This document shows positions 26,250 through 35,379 of a stretch of 64,000 nt of DNA, in pieces. The position numbers and the translations under genes are program-made. The stretch comes from an uncultured virus (IMG/VR IMGVR_UViG_3300023110_000008) (Duplodnaviria > Heunggongvirae > Uroviricota > Caudoviricetes): IMG/VR virus record IMGVR_UViG_3300023110_000008; one strand, 5' to 3'. Position 1 is the stretch's first letter. The number at the start of each line of letters is the position of its first letter. A model generated the notes under the pieces. The model saw nothing but the letters and a program-made list of their open reading frames with translations. It did not search any database and was not told the origin of the DNA.

Positions 26250-26907
26250 TACTCAGATTCATAGAACACTCGAACCAGTTTTAGACCAACTCATTGACAA
26301 CGAGCAAATCGTTGCAATCTTTCAGAATCATTCAGAATGGGGACCTCGAGCATTAGGTAACCGATCTATTCTATTTGACCCTAGACATCCAAATGCTAAG
26401 AACATTGTTAACACAATTAAGAAGAGAGAACATTACAGACCTTTTGCTTGTACAGTTATGGCTGAACATGCAAATGATTACTTTGAAATGTTACAACTAC
26501 CTGAGTCACCTTGGATGTCCTTTGCTATTCAGTGTAAAGAGAAAGCACTAGAAGATATTCCAACTTTAGTTCATGCTGACAACACATGCAGAATGCAGAC
26601 TGTTACAGAAGAACAAAATCCAAATTACTACAACCTTATCAAAGGTTTCTACGAGAGAACTGGTGTACCAATTATATTCAATACATCATTCAATCTTGGT
26701 GGTGAAGCAATCGTTGAGAACGTGTACGATGCAATCGATACATGTAACAGATCAATGATCAATCACCTCTACATTCCTGAAGACCAAGACTTCTACATTC
26801 CTTACGAATGTATTAGAGATAAATCTCATCTACGTGTAGACCTAACTGCCGATGAAGAAGACCTTCATGTCGAGGAAATGAAAGAAGACAAACGCTTTGA
26901 TGAATAA
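26242..26907 (+). CDS. carbamoyltransferase C-terminal (YrdC-like) domain
   Basis: EWGPRALGNRSIL, KKRE.YRPFA, H.D.TCR.QTV, NTSFNLGGE. Confidence 0.92.
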   Translation: MLNTQIHRTLEPVLDQLIDNEQIVAIFQNHSEWGPRALGNRSILFDPRHPNAKNIVNTIKKREHYRPFACTVMAEHANDYFEMLQLPESPWMSFAIQCKEKALEDIPTLVHADNTCRMQTVTEEQNPNYYNLIKGFYERTGVPIIFNTSFNLGGEAIVENVYDAIDTCNRSMINHLYIPEDQDFYIPYECIRDKSHLRVDLTADEEDLHVEEMKEDKRFDE

Positions 26908-26915
26908 ATACCTAC

Positions 26916-27302
26916 ATGGAAACTATCATAGAGGTAACAGATGAAGCTATTCAAAAACTTCTTTCGAAAAAAGAAAAAGAACGATTTAGTTATATACGGC
27001 TTGGGATTACAGGCGGAGGTTGCGCTGGCTTTGAGTATATTTTTGATTCTACTAGCGATAGACCTGATGCTGACGGAGACGTTGTAGTAGATTACGGCGA
27101 ATTGCAGTTCGTTATAGACAAACTCTCATTACCCTATTTACTAGGAATGACACTCGACTTTCGCAAAGAAGGTCTCAATGAAGTATTTAAATTTATAAAT
27201 CCTAAAGAAGAGGCTTCATGTGGTTGTGGTGTCTCTATTAACTTTGACTTAAATAAAGTAGAACAAGATGAAAAGAAAATCTTTGCAATTAATGTTGGCT
27301 AA
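26916..27302 (+). CDS. iscA: Fe-S cluster assembly A-type carrier (HesB/IscA/SufA)
   Basis: GGGCAGFEY, F.F.NP...SCGCG.S; late promoter AATAAATA 26903-26910. Confidence 0.9.
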   Translation: METIIEVTDEAIQKLLSKKEKERFSYIRLGITGGGCAGFEYIFDSTSDRPDADGDVVVDYGELQFVIDKLSLPYLLGMTLDFRKEGLNEVFKFINPKEEASCGCGVSINFDLNKVEQDEKKIFAINVG

Positions 27303-27315
27303 TCTTAGAGCAACC

Positions 27316-27486
27316 ATGTTTAGCCATTTACGAAGCACACACATGAATTATTTTCAACATCTTCTACATGCATGGAGAATGGCAGGTATTCTCATCGTAC
27401 ATGGTCTTATACCATGGGTATGGGAAACTAAAGTGAGCCAAGAAATATTAGATTATGAAAACAGCGTCAGCAAAAGCAAAAGGTAG
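27316..27486 (+). CDS. small hypothetical protein (DUF6356-like)
   Basis: HL....MNYFQHL..AW...LIVHG.IPW.WE..VS; start uncertain. Confidence 0.55.
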   Translation: MFSHLRSTHMNYFQHLLHAWRMAGILIVHGLIPWVWETKVSQEILDYENSVSKSKR

Positions 27487-27787
27487 AAACCTACAAAAGT
27501 GGGTTGTAGAAAAACTAGTCGAACACCTTAAAGCCGATCCCGAAGATATCGAATCTAGACCAATGGGTTCTAGTGGTGAAGATGTGATTATGGGAAAACA
27601 GACTAGACAAAAATTTTCCTATAGTATAGAATGTAAGAATCAGGAGAAGGTGAATGTATGGGAAGCATACAAACAGGCAGAGGCAAACTGTAAAGGTTAC
27701 GAACCAGTTGTGGTTATAAAACGTAATCATCACAAACCTCTAATTGTTATAGATGCAGAAGCATTCATCAAACTACACAATGAATGA
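27455..27787 (+). CDS. PD-(D/E)xK endonuclease / Holliday junction resolvase-like
   Basis: SAKAKGRNLQ, SRPMG..GED, SIECKNQE, YKQA. Confidence 0.8.
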   Translation: MKTASAKAKGRNLQKWVVEKLVEHLKADPEDIESRPMGSSGEDVIMGKQTRQKFSYSIECKNQEKVNVWEAYKQAEANCKGYEPVVVIKRNHHKPLIVIDAEAFIKLHNE

Positions 27788-28325
27788 ACGAGAAAGGCTA
27801 ATCGATTTATACAGATCAGGTCATGAAGACAGTGAAGAACAATGGGCAGGTTGGTCATTAAGTAAACATGCACCACTTATTAAGTTAATGTTCGAAACAC
27901 ATGATGTTAAGAATGCATTAGACTTTGGTTGTGGTAAAGGTTATCAATACTATTACAATCCATTTGCCGATCCAAAAGTGTTTATTCATCCAGAAAAAGT
28001 ATGGGGTTTTATTCCTGAGTGTTATGATCCAGGAGTAGAAATGTGGCAAGAGTTACCAGATGGACCATTCGATGCTGTCATCTGTACAGATGTCATGGAA
28101 CATATACCTGAGAATCACATACAAGAAGAACTAGAAAAAATATTTGCACGAGCAACGAAGTGTGTTTACTTCAACATTAGTTGTCGCCCAGCTTTCGCTA
28201 CATTGAAAACAGGAGAAAATGCTCACTGTACTGTTAAACCATCAACATGGTGGGATGAACAGATTGCAATTGCAAATAAAAATAACATACATGTAGAAAC
28301 AATGTATGAGGGAGAAGGATTATGA
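27780..28325 (+). CDS. class I SAM-dependent methyltransferase
   Basis: LDFGCGKG, YDPG, FDAVICTDVMEHIPE, NAH.TV....WW. Confidence 0.88.
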   Translation: MNERERLIDLYRSGHEDSEEQWAGWSLSKHAPLIKLMFETHDVKNALDFGCGKGYQYYYNPFADPKVFIHPEKVWGFIPECYDPGVEMWQELPDGPFDAVICTDVMEHIPENHIQEELEKIFARATKCVYFNISCRPAFATLKTGENAHCTVKPSTWWDEQIAIANKNNIHVETMYEGEGL

Positions 28326-28957
28326 AAGGTCAAACTTTTTTTCCATTTGGACCACCAATCTTTGTGGGACAAATTGATGATAGTATATTAAGTGAGTTTC
28401 AATCACGTTTAGATAAGTATGAGAATCAGGATGTTCCTGAAGAAAAAGATGCTTCAGGTCGTTTAGCTGGTCGTGTCAAAAAACAAATGGTCATACAAGA
28501 AGATATGTCGCAAGCCGCTATCGATGAGATATTAGGTGTAGCAGCCATGTATTACAATGGCGTATTCAAAGAACAAGACGCTACATGGACAAAAGATCAC
28601 TTCGCATTAGACGGATTATGGGTCAACTTCCAAAGGGCAAGAGAGTATAATCCACCACACATGCACAATGGTGCATTCTCATTTGTTCTATATACCAAAA
28701 ATACCATTGACTACAGCACTGTACAACAAAATGAGTATGATGATAGGGCACAGATAGAAGAAGGCCAGAGAAAGTTAGGTGGAAGTATTGATCTACTCTA
28801 TGGAGAAAATAACTTTCTTAACTGGACAGAATACAATTTCTTTCCTGAACCTGGCGATATCTTAATGTTTCCGTCATGGTTAAAACATACGGTGTTTGCA
28901 TTCTACCAAGAAGATGCTGTACGAGTAAGCGTAGCAGGTAATATTAATTTTAAGTAA
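28322..28957 (+). CDS. 2OG-Fe(II) oxygenase family protein
   Basis: WVNFQ..EYNPPHMH...SFVLY...FPSWLKH.V...RVSVAGN. Confidence 0.88.
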   Translation: MKGQTFFPFGPPIFVGQIDDSILSEFQSRLDKYENQDVPEEKDASGRLAGRVKKQMVIQEDMSQAAIDEILGVAAMYYNGVFKEQDATWTKDHFALDGLWVNFQRAREYNPPHMHNGAFSFVLYTKNTIDYSTVQQNEYDDRAQIEEGQRKLGGSIDLLYGENNFLNWTEYNFFPEPGDILMFPSWLKHTVFAFYQEDAVRVSVAGNINFK

Positions 28958-29388
28958 TGAACAAAATACAAGAAGCAATGAAACGAAAGGTCGCCAACGC
29001 CATGGGTGAGGTGGAGTACCAAATCGATTGCTTCATGGATAATAATTACAAGTCCAATTTCAAAATGGACAAGTATCTAAAACAACTAGGTTTCAAAAAG
29101 AGATTAGTCTTAATGATTAGAGAGGAATTCAACCCCCAGCTGGAAGAACTCCAGAGTGACGAGGAACAATTGATTGAAGGATACTCATTCATGACTAAGC
29201 CCCAAAAGAAAAGATTCATCCAGTTTCTTCTACAGATGCAGGAGGGGTGTGATAAGTACATAGCACTCAACGAGTCCAAATGGAAGTCAGAAACACAACT
29301 CAAACGAATAAGAAACAAAGCAAAGAAAAAACACCAAGAAAGACTAGCAGATATAGAAGCGAACAAGGGTAGAAAGTTTAGACAGTAA
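28957..29388 (+). CDS. conserved T4-like hypothetical protein
   Basis: DEQLIEGYSFM motif, basic tail; lies before rnh. Confidence 0.65.
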   Translation: MNKIQEAMKRKVANAMGEVEYQIDCFMDNNYKSNFKMDKYLKQLGFKKRLVLMIREEFNPQLEELQSDEEQLIEGYSFMTKPQKKRFIQFLLQMQEGCDKYIALNESKWKSETQLKRIRNKAKKKHQERLADIEANKGRKFRQ

Positions 29389-29432
29389 AACCCTATTGAC
29401 GGTAACACACATTATAATGTACCATTTATAAC

Positions 29433-30269
29433 ATGATATTAATAGACTTTACTCAGACCATCATTGCTGGGTTGATGGCACAACTAAAGAGTAACAATGA
29501 CGAGATTAATGAGAATATGCTACGTCATATGATTCTTAATTCTCTTAGAAATTACCAGAAAAGATATGCTGACGAGTATGGAGAAATAGTTCTTTGTACA
29601 GATGCAGGTAATCCATGGCGTAGAGATTTCTTCCCTTTGTATAAAGCAAATCGTAAGAAGTCACGTGAAGCAGACGATAGAGATTGGACTTTAATCTTTG
29701 ATACGTTACAGAAAGTTAAAGAGGAAATACGTGATAACTTTCCTTACAGATACATGTACGTTGAAAGATGTGAGGCAGATGATATCATTGCTGTACTAGT
29801 CAAACACGCCACTGAACCTGTACTGATTGTGTCAGGTGATAAAGACTTTCAACAGTTACATGATCAGAACGTAACTCAGTGGTCTCCAAACTTAAACAAG
29901 TTTGTACAGTGTGAAGACCCTAGTCTGTTTCTACAAGAACACATTCTTAAAGGTGATAAGTCAGATGGCATACCAAACATTCTATCTAACGATGATTGTT
30001 TAGATCAAGGTATCAGACAGACACCATTAAGAAAAAATATGTTAGAAAAATATCTTAGGATTAGTATTGAATCCGATGATAAATACTATCGTAACTATTT
30101 AAGAAATCAAACGTTGATTGATTTGAGTTTTATACCAGATGATATAGAACAATCTATATTAGATGAGTATAAACAAACTGCAATTGTTATTGGTAATGTT
30201 TTACCATACTTGCAGAAACATAGACTCAATCAACTACTAGATCATGCAGGAGATTTTGCAATATTATGA
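29433..30269 (+). CDS. rnh: RNase H / 5'-3' exonuclease (T4 rnh)
   Basis: MILIDF, WRR.FFP.YKANR, EADDII, SGDKDF.QL, GDKSDGIPN. Confidence 0.95.
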   Translation: MILIDFTQTIIAGLMAQLKSNNDEINENMLRHMILNSLRNYQKRYADEYGEIVLCTDAGNPWRRDFFPLYKANRKKSREADDRDWTLIFDTLQKVKEEIRDNFPYRYMYVERCEADDIIAVLVKHATEPVLIVSGDKDFQQLHDQNVTQWSPNLNKFVQCEDPSLFLQEHILKGDKSDGIPNILSNDDCLDQGIRQTPLRKNMLEKYLRISIESDDKYYRNYLRNQTLIDLSFIPDDIEQSILDEYKQTAIVIGNVLPYLQKHRLNQLLDHAGDFAIL

Positions 30270-30784
30270 GTACAGAGAAAAAACGAGGAAGAGGTCGACC
30301 AAAAGGTGCACCAAACAAACCTAAAATGGAGTTGGTGACTGAGAGGATTAACCTTACAAAAAATGCAGACTGCTTTGAGATTCTATGCCAAGCTAATTTA
30401 GTGGCAGAAGATAACGAAGATAATGCAGTTAATGGATTGAGAGCATTTCAGGACAGAAACGGTGCTGTAAGATATGTGTTACAATGGTTGTTCAGCGACA
30501 ACATCAAGTCAACACTACCTGAAGGTAAAACACCTTACAAACCTAACGATGCACCAGGTCCTGATCTATCAGAGTCACAGTTAAAGTTTGAAACTAGAAA
30601 GTTCAAATACTTTACTACAGAACAAGTACCACAACTTAGACGTGAAACAATGTGGATAGAACTACTTGAAAGCATTCCTGCTAAAGAGGCAGAAATGATG
30701 GAACTAGTGAAAGATAAGGTTAACCCCTTTAAAAATATCACTAAGGAACTTGCTCAGAAAGCTTTTCCTACAGTTCAATTTTAA
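30266..30784 (+). CDS. conserved T4-like protein (DUF6433-like) with AT-hook-like N-terminus
   Basis: KKRGRGRPKG; LPEG.TPY...RRETMWIELLE. Confidence 0.7.
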   Translation: MSTEKKRGRGRPKGAPNKPKMELVTERINLTKNADCFEILCQANLVAEDNEDNAVNGLRAFQDRNGAVRYVLQWLFSDNIKSTLPEGKTPYKPNDAPGPDLSESQLKFETRKFKYFTTEQVPQLRRETMWIELLESIPAKEAEMMELVKDKVNPFKNITKELAQKAFPTVQF

Positions 30785-30904
30785 ATAAATATATTAGTCG
30801 GCAGGGACTATACATAGAATTAAAGGGAGAGTTTATAATACTTTCCGATATGTAAACTTTCTGGTCGAGTCCGACTCCATGGATATTTTGAGGATAAAAA
30901 AATT

Positions 30905-32161
30905 ATGGCAGAAAATGAAGTGAAATCAGCATTCGCTCAAGAACAAGTCGCAGAGAAATCTGAGTCAGAACGAATTCGTGAGCGTATTCAAAACTACAAA
31001 GCACAGATAGACCCAAAGATTCTATCAGTTGTTCCAGCATTATTAGAATCACAACTTAAGGCAGGTCTAGTTAAATCTAATGAACTAGAGGCACTTATTG
31101 TTGTTAGAGACGAATTTAACAAAGCATCAATTGACTACAATACAGAACTCGAAAGAGCACAAAGACGTTTACAAGAATTAGCAGAAACAGAACTGGCTGC
31201 TAAACAAGAAGAACTTGCAAAACGTGAAGCAGAAAAAGAACAAGAGATAGTCAATGAGAGAGTTGCAAGAAAAACTGCTGAACAAGAATTAAAGATTGCT
31301 TTAGCAAAACTAGAAGCACTACAAGGTGTACAAAGCAATGTCACTTCTATGGACGTAGAACCGCCTGCATTAGCACCAGCGCCTACGCCTGCACCAGAAC
31401 CTAAACCAAAATCAAAAGCATGGGAAATGATTCGAGCTGGTCGAGCTCAAAAAGAAGAAGAACCTGAAGCAAAATTATTTGAACCAGAAGAGTTTACATT
31501 AGATGTACCAGAAGATGCAAAAGGTACAGAAGAGTTCCTAAAAGAAGTAGAGTCAGTTCAATCAGAAGCAGAAGTTAAACCTACTGTTAAAGATGAAGAC
31601 ATGGCAGCCGCTCATGATCTGATTGATGAGGAAATTACAGACTTAGGTGAAGACTTACCTACACTTAAAGTCGCAGAAGAAGACGAAGAAACAAAACCTA
31701 CATTCTCAGGACCAACGATTACAGGTGGCAATGCACCTAATCTTAAAGTCCAAATAGAAGAAGGTAAAACAATCGAAGCAAGACTAGATAAACCAATCAA
31801 GTCATATGACTCGTTAGAAGATTTGCAGGCCGCTGTTGATGAAAAAAACGAACTCAGACAAAAGTCCTTAGACGAAGAGTTAGATGAAGCAGAAGAAGAA
31901 TTCGAAGAAATCGTAATACCTTCTGAGTCAGAGTTAAAATCAATGACTAAAAAAACCATCGCTGAAACCGCTGATGCTCTAAACTTTGAGGGCATCGTTA
32001 CATCATTAACTAAAGAAGAAATGATTTCTAAATTCGTTCTAGCAACACAAGATTACATTCAGTCTTTACAAGATGCAGGCGAATTTATTGCCGCTAGTGA
32101 AACAGATGTAAAGGACGGTTCAGATGATTCCGATGATCACAGGGACGGTGGATATTTCTAG
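30905..32161 (+). CDS. large acidic coiled-coil protein
   Basis: 418 aa, Glu-rich, PAPAP linker; SD GAGGA; late promoter AATAAATA 30784-30791. Confidence 0.7.
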   Translation: MAENEVKSAFAQEQVAEKSESERIRERIQNYKAQIDPKILSVVPALLESQLKAGLVKSNELEALIVVRDEFNKASIDYNTELERAQRRLQELAETELAAKQEELAKREAEKEQEIVNERVARKTAEQELKIALAKLEALQGVQSNVTSMDVEPPALAPAPTPAPEPKPKSKAWEMIRAGRAQKEEEPEAKLFEPEEFTLDVPEDAKGTEEFLKEVESVQSEAEVKPTVKDEDMAAAHDLIDEEITDLGEDLPTLKVAEEDEETKPTFSGPTITGGNAPNLKVQIEEGKTIEARLDKPIKSYDSLEDLQAAVDEKNELRQKSLDEELDEAEEEFEEIVIPSESELKSMTKKTIAETADALNFEGIVTSLTKEEMISKFVLATQDYIQSLQDAGEFIAASETDVKDGSDDSDDHRDGGYF

Positions 32162-32591
32162 GTCGATAGTTAGAAATATATTACCAGAACAAATAAGTCC
32201 AAACTACGAATCAGAACTTTCGAACATCGAGGGTGCTGTTCGTTTGGACTTACCTCCTCTCTTTTCATCTTATCTTGGATGTAGATACGAATGCAATGAT
32301 GTATGGGTAGATGAACTAGAAGATAGACTAGAACTATCTGTATTAAAAATATCTGATACTCAACAAAAGAGCAAATTGTATTGGTTTAATCCAAGAAGAA
32401 ACCCAAAATATACAGACATTAATCCAGATGAAGATTCACAATTCATCGTACTATATAATAGCAAGTTTACCGTAGGTAACGGTATAACTTTGAAGATGAT
32501 CGAACAAACAGACGATAAGGAACGTCACATTGTAATATATGAAAATATTGATCATGGGGTTACCAGGATCGGGAAAGACAACTCTAGCTAG
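32124..32591 (+). CDS. hypothetical protein (start uncertain)
   Basis: ORF fills the gap between coupled genes. Confidence 0.55.
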   Translation: MIPMITGTVDISRSIVRNILPEQISPNYESELSNIEGAVRLDLPPLFSSYLGCRYECNDVWVDELEDRLELSVLKISDTQQKSKLYWFNPRRNPKYTDINPDEDSQFIVLYNSKFTVGNGITLKMIEQTDDKERHIVIYENIDHGVTRIGKDNSS

Positions 32592-32976
32592 AGAACTTTC
32601 CTATCACTTTTTAATTCCGCATTTTAATGCTGATACGTTAAGAGAAAAAGCAGACGATTGGGATTTCTCGGATGAAGGAAGACTTAGACAGGCATATCGC
32701 ATGTCTTTCTATGACTTCGGTATATTTGATTTTGTTTGTCCACTACCAAAGATGAGAGACGTGATAGACGCTGATTTCACCATATGGATGGACACAATCG
32801 AAGAAAGTAGATTTGAAGACACCAACAAAGTTTTTCAAGAACCAGATAAATATGATTTAAGGATTACAAAATGGATTGGACTAAACCAACTACACAACTC
32901 CTTGGAAGATTTCAACCGTGGCACCAAGGGCATACAGAGTTATTTAAAAGAGCAATTGCCAAAACTGGTCAAGTAG
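32539..32976 (+). CDS. adenylylsulfate-kinase-like P-loop kinase
   Basis: GLPGSGKTT, NAD..R...DWDFS.EGR.RQA, DFVCP, RFEDTN. Confidence 0.8.
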   Translation: MKILIMGLPGSGKTTLARELSYHFLIPHFNADTLREKADDWDFSDEGRLRQAYRMSFYDFGIFDFVCPLPKMRDVIDADFTIWMDTIEESRFEDTNKVFQEPDKYDLRITKWIGLNQLHNSLEDFNRGTKGIQSYLKEQLPKLVK

Positions 32977-33242
32977 TTATCTTACTTAGAGAACAAGACG
33001 GTACAGATAGTAACCCTTTTGATTTTGAAGAACGAGAAAATGAAATCGTTGTTGCATTAGCAAAAGAGGGTTTTAGTGTACTAGATGATTTTACAATTTT
33101 AAGAGTTCCTAACATTACACACATAACATATGGTCGTGATGTTGGTTACAAGATAGAACAAGAAACACTAGGTGCTGAAATAGAAAGTATCAGTGCCACT
33201 AAAATAAGAAATGCCAGACTCAATAAAGAAGTCTCTAGCTAA
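32871..33242 (+). CDS. cytidylyltransferase-like (HxGH) nucleotidyltransferase
   Basis: LGRFQPWHQGH, YGRDVGY, ISATKIR; own SD AAGGA. Confidence 0.85.
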   Translation: MDWTKPTTQLLGRFQPWHQGHTELFKRAIAKTGQVVILLREQDGTDSNPFDFEERENEIVVALAKEGFSVLDDFTILRVPNITHITYGRDVGYKIEQETLGAEIESISATKIRNARLNKEVSS

Positions 33243-33399
33243 AACATTTAGTTGGAGAATAACCGCCACCATAACAACGATACTCATCGCATACATCTTT
33301 ATTGGTGATATATCAATCGCATTGAGTATCGGTGGTGTTGAGTTCTTTGCCAAGATGATCATATACTTTGTCCACGAAAGAGTGTGGAATAAGATATAA
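33211..33399 (+). CDS. DUF2061 membrane protein
   Basis: KSLAKTFSWR...YFVHERVW. Confidence 0.85.
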   Translation: MPDSIKKSLAKTFSWRITATITTILIAYIFIGDISIALSIGGVEFFAKMIIYFVHERVWNKI

Positions 33400-33407
33400 A
33401 TACCCAT

Positions 33408-33656
33408 ATGAGTATAGAATATAACGATTTCGGTTTTACAGCTATGGATGCAGAAGAACTTGCTTCTGTAGATACTAAGATCGTAGAAAAAACAACAACA
33501 GCAAATGAAGTTATTGATAAGATGGATAACTTTATCAGACCTCTATTGGAAAATTTAATGAAAGATAGTGACAAGGATTATATCTATTGGCCTAATCGTT
33601 CAGAAATGATCCAAAAACAAATACAAATACTTAACGATATCCAAAAAGGTATTTGA
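33408..33656 (+). CDS. conserved T4-like hypothetical protein
   Basis: DFGFTA...PLLENL...KDYIYWPNR; perfect late promoter TATAAATA 33395-33402. Confidence 0.75.
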   Translation: MSIEYNDFGFTAMDAEELASVDTKIVEKTTTANEVIDKMDNFIRPLLENLMKDSDKDYIYWPNRSEMIQKQIQILNDIQKGI

Positions 33657-33682
33657 CAATAACCTCCATTTTTTAGTATTAT
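33653..33682 (+). promoter_or_regulatory. early sigma70-type promoter
   Basis: TTGACA-18-TATTAT. Confidence 0.7.
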
Positions 33683-33710
33683 GTCTCTTATATTAAATAG
33701 GAGAATTACT

Positions 33711-33959
33711 ATGTCTAACTATTCGTGTTACGAAGACAGTAAAGCTGTCAAACAACTCGTAGCGTATGGTCGTCACATGATTACATTATGTGAAGAAAAC
33801 AAACTATATCCCAAAGACGATTTGATGTGGAATGCAGCCGTTGTATGTGGCAATAAGTTAACTACAATAGGAACACCATGGTCTCGTATCAAATCCGTCA
33901 CTGATTTGACTGAGAATGAACGTATTGCCTTGAGACATTATCTTGACGTTAAGGGTTGA
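33711..33959 (+). CDS. hypothetical protein
   Basis: MSNYSCY...; SD AGGAG. Confidence 0.7.
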   Translation: MSNYSCYEDSKAVKQLVAYGRHMITLCEENKLYPKDDLMWNAAVVCGNKLTTIGTPWSRIKSVTDLTENERIALRHYLDVKG

Positions 33960-33985
33960 CAATGACCCCCAAAAAATGTAAGGAT
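33951..33985 (+). promoter_or_regulatory. early promoter with hairpin around -35
   Basis: GGGTT-GACAAT-GACCC; TTGACA-18-AAGGAT; near-identical to the 11536 copy. Confidence 0.75.
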
Positions 33986-34013
33986 AACCATGATGATTAA
34001 AAAAGGAGACAAT

Positions 34014-34346
34014 ATGAAAGACTTAATCTATCTATGCGATAAATTGTGTGATGATCTTAAATCAGAACACCTTAATCAATTCCCTACCCTTACAGACTAT
34101 CACTGGAATTATGAGATAGGTCGTAAGTATCTTAAGATAATCCAAAACAATGAATACCAAAGATGTGTTTGGGGTTTCATTAACCTGACTGAGTTCACAA
34201 CCAAGAAAGGCGTGTCTTTCAAAGTTGGTGATGTTCTTAAATCTGCTGGGTGGGCAAAACCTGCTCTGAATGCACCACGTGGTAATCTATTCGATGGCTA
34301 CGATGTGTTTGGTATGAGAAAATATGGTCCTGATTATTTGAGGTAA
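34014..34346 (+). CDS. conserved phage early hypothetical protein
   Basis: GRKYLKI...VWGFI...GDVLKSAGWAKPA..PRGN; SD AGGAG. Confidence 0.75.
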   Translation: MKDLIYLCDKLCDDLKSEHLNQFPTLTDYHWNYEIGRKYLKIIQNNEYQRCVWGFINLTEFTTKKGVSFKVGDVLKSAGWAKPALNAPRGNLFDGYDVFGMRKYGPDYLR

Positions 34347-34349
34347 GTT

Positions 34350-34514
34350 ATGAGATTGATACTAGGTTTAATTTTAGTTTTAGGTGGTGCTGGGGGTATC
34401 GAGAACAATCACGAAACCCTCTTACCATTAGATAGTTTAAGTGTTATAATGGTAGGATTCCTACTAATGTTATGGTTTATTAAAGACGTGGAGGATACAA
34501 ATGAGTATAACTAA
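34350..34514 (+). CDS. small membrane protein (54 aa)
   Basis: MRLILGLILVLGGAGGIE...; two hydrophobic segments. Confidence 0.55.
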   Translation: MRLILGLILVLGGAGGIENNHETLLPLDSLSVIMVGFLLMLWFIKDVEDTNEYN

Positions 34515-34674
34515 TAATAAAGAAATTATCACCACATTTGTGGATGATCATGGTGTAGAACACCATATTAACGATTTTGCACCGTCACCTGAAGATACGT
34601 TGCCTGAAGGCACATGTGTTTGTGGTGAGGTAAACTGTTCAGAGGAGTACGCTCACTGGACTAGCGGATTCTAA
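34501..34674 (+). CDS. small Cys/His protein (57 aa)
   Basis: ...CVCGEVNCSEEYAHWTSGF*; SD GGAGG. Confidence 0.6.
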   Translation: MSITNNKEIITTFVDDHGVEHHINDFAPSPEDTLPEGTCVCGEVNCSEEYAHWTSGF

Positions 34675-34803
34675 AATGGATATTTTCATTGGTATAATCT
34701 TTCTCACAATCATGGGACTATTCACGTATGTCGGTTGTGTGGTAAGTGAGGAGAAACGAACTAAGAAAAATATACCTCTCATATGGGAGAAGGAGTTTTG
34801 GAA

Positions 34804-35370
34804 ATGAATAACAGACATAGGTATGGAGTCCACGGACAACAAGCAGAACGGGAGTTGATCATTCGGCTTCTCATTGGTTTAAGTTCAGTAACAGTTGGTT
34901 TTATAATGGGCCTTTTCATAATGTTTGCATCTATGAAAGTCCATGCATCTGATCAGAACAATGAAGTGTATTGTCTAGCACAAAACATTTACTTTGAATC
35001 AGGCAATCAATCTATGGTAGGTAAGATTGCAGTATCACACGTAGTATTGAATCGTGTAGAGAGTACATTATATCCTGATACAATATGTGATGTGGTGTAT
35101 CAAGCGAAATGGCGTGAAAACTGGAAAGGCAATATGGTGCCAGTTCTTAATCAATGTCAGTTCAGTTGGTTCTGCGATGGTAAATCGGATTATCCTGAAG
35201 ATAGTAAAACATGGATTGAATCTTTGCTACTTGCAAGGCGAGTCTATGATGGTGAATGGACAGATATAACAGAAGGCGCTACTCATTATCATGCAGATTT
35301 TGTTTATCCTTATTGGGCAGATAGTTTAAATAGGACAACCACTATTGACAACCACTTGTTTTACAGATAG
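34804..35370 (+). CDS. SleB-like cell wall hydrolase with N-terminal TM segment
   Basis: CLAQNIYFES, VVLNRV...YPDTICDVVYQ, CQFSW, GATHYH, IDNHLFY. Confidence 0.92.
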   Translation: MNNRHRYGVHGQQAERELIIRLLIGLSSVTVGFIMGLFIMFASMKVHASDQNNEVYCLAQNIYFESGNQSMVGKIAVSHVVLNRVESTLYPDTICDVVYQAKWRENWKGNMVPVLNQCQFSWFCDGKSDYPEDSKTWIESLLLARRVYDGEWTDITEGATHYHADFVYPYWADSLNRTTTIDNHLFYR

Positions 35371-35379
35371 GATGGAAGA

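Noticed and set aside
32860..32976. Frameshift fusing the APS-kinase-like and nucleotidyltransferase ORFs
   Set aside because: No slippery heptamer, and the downstream ORF has its own SD (AAGGA) and ATG; simple overlap is more likely.
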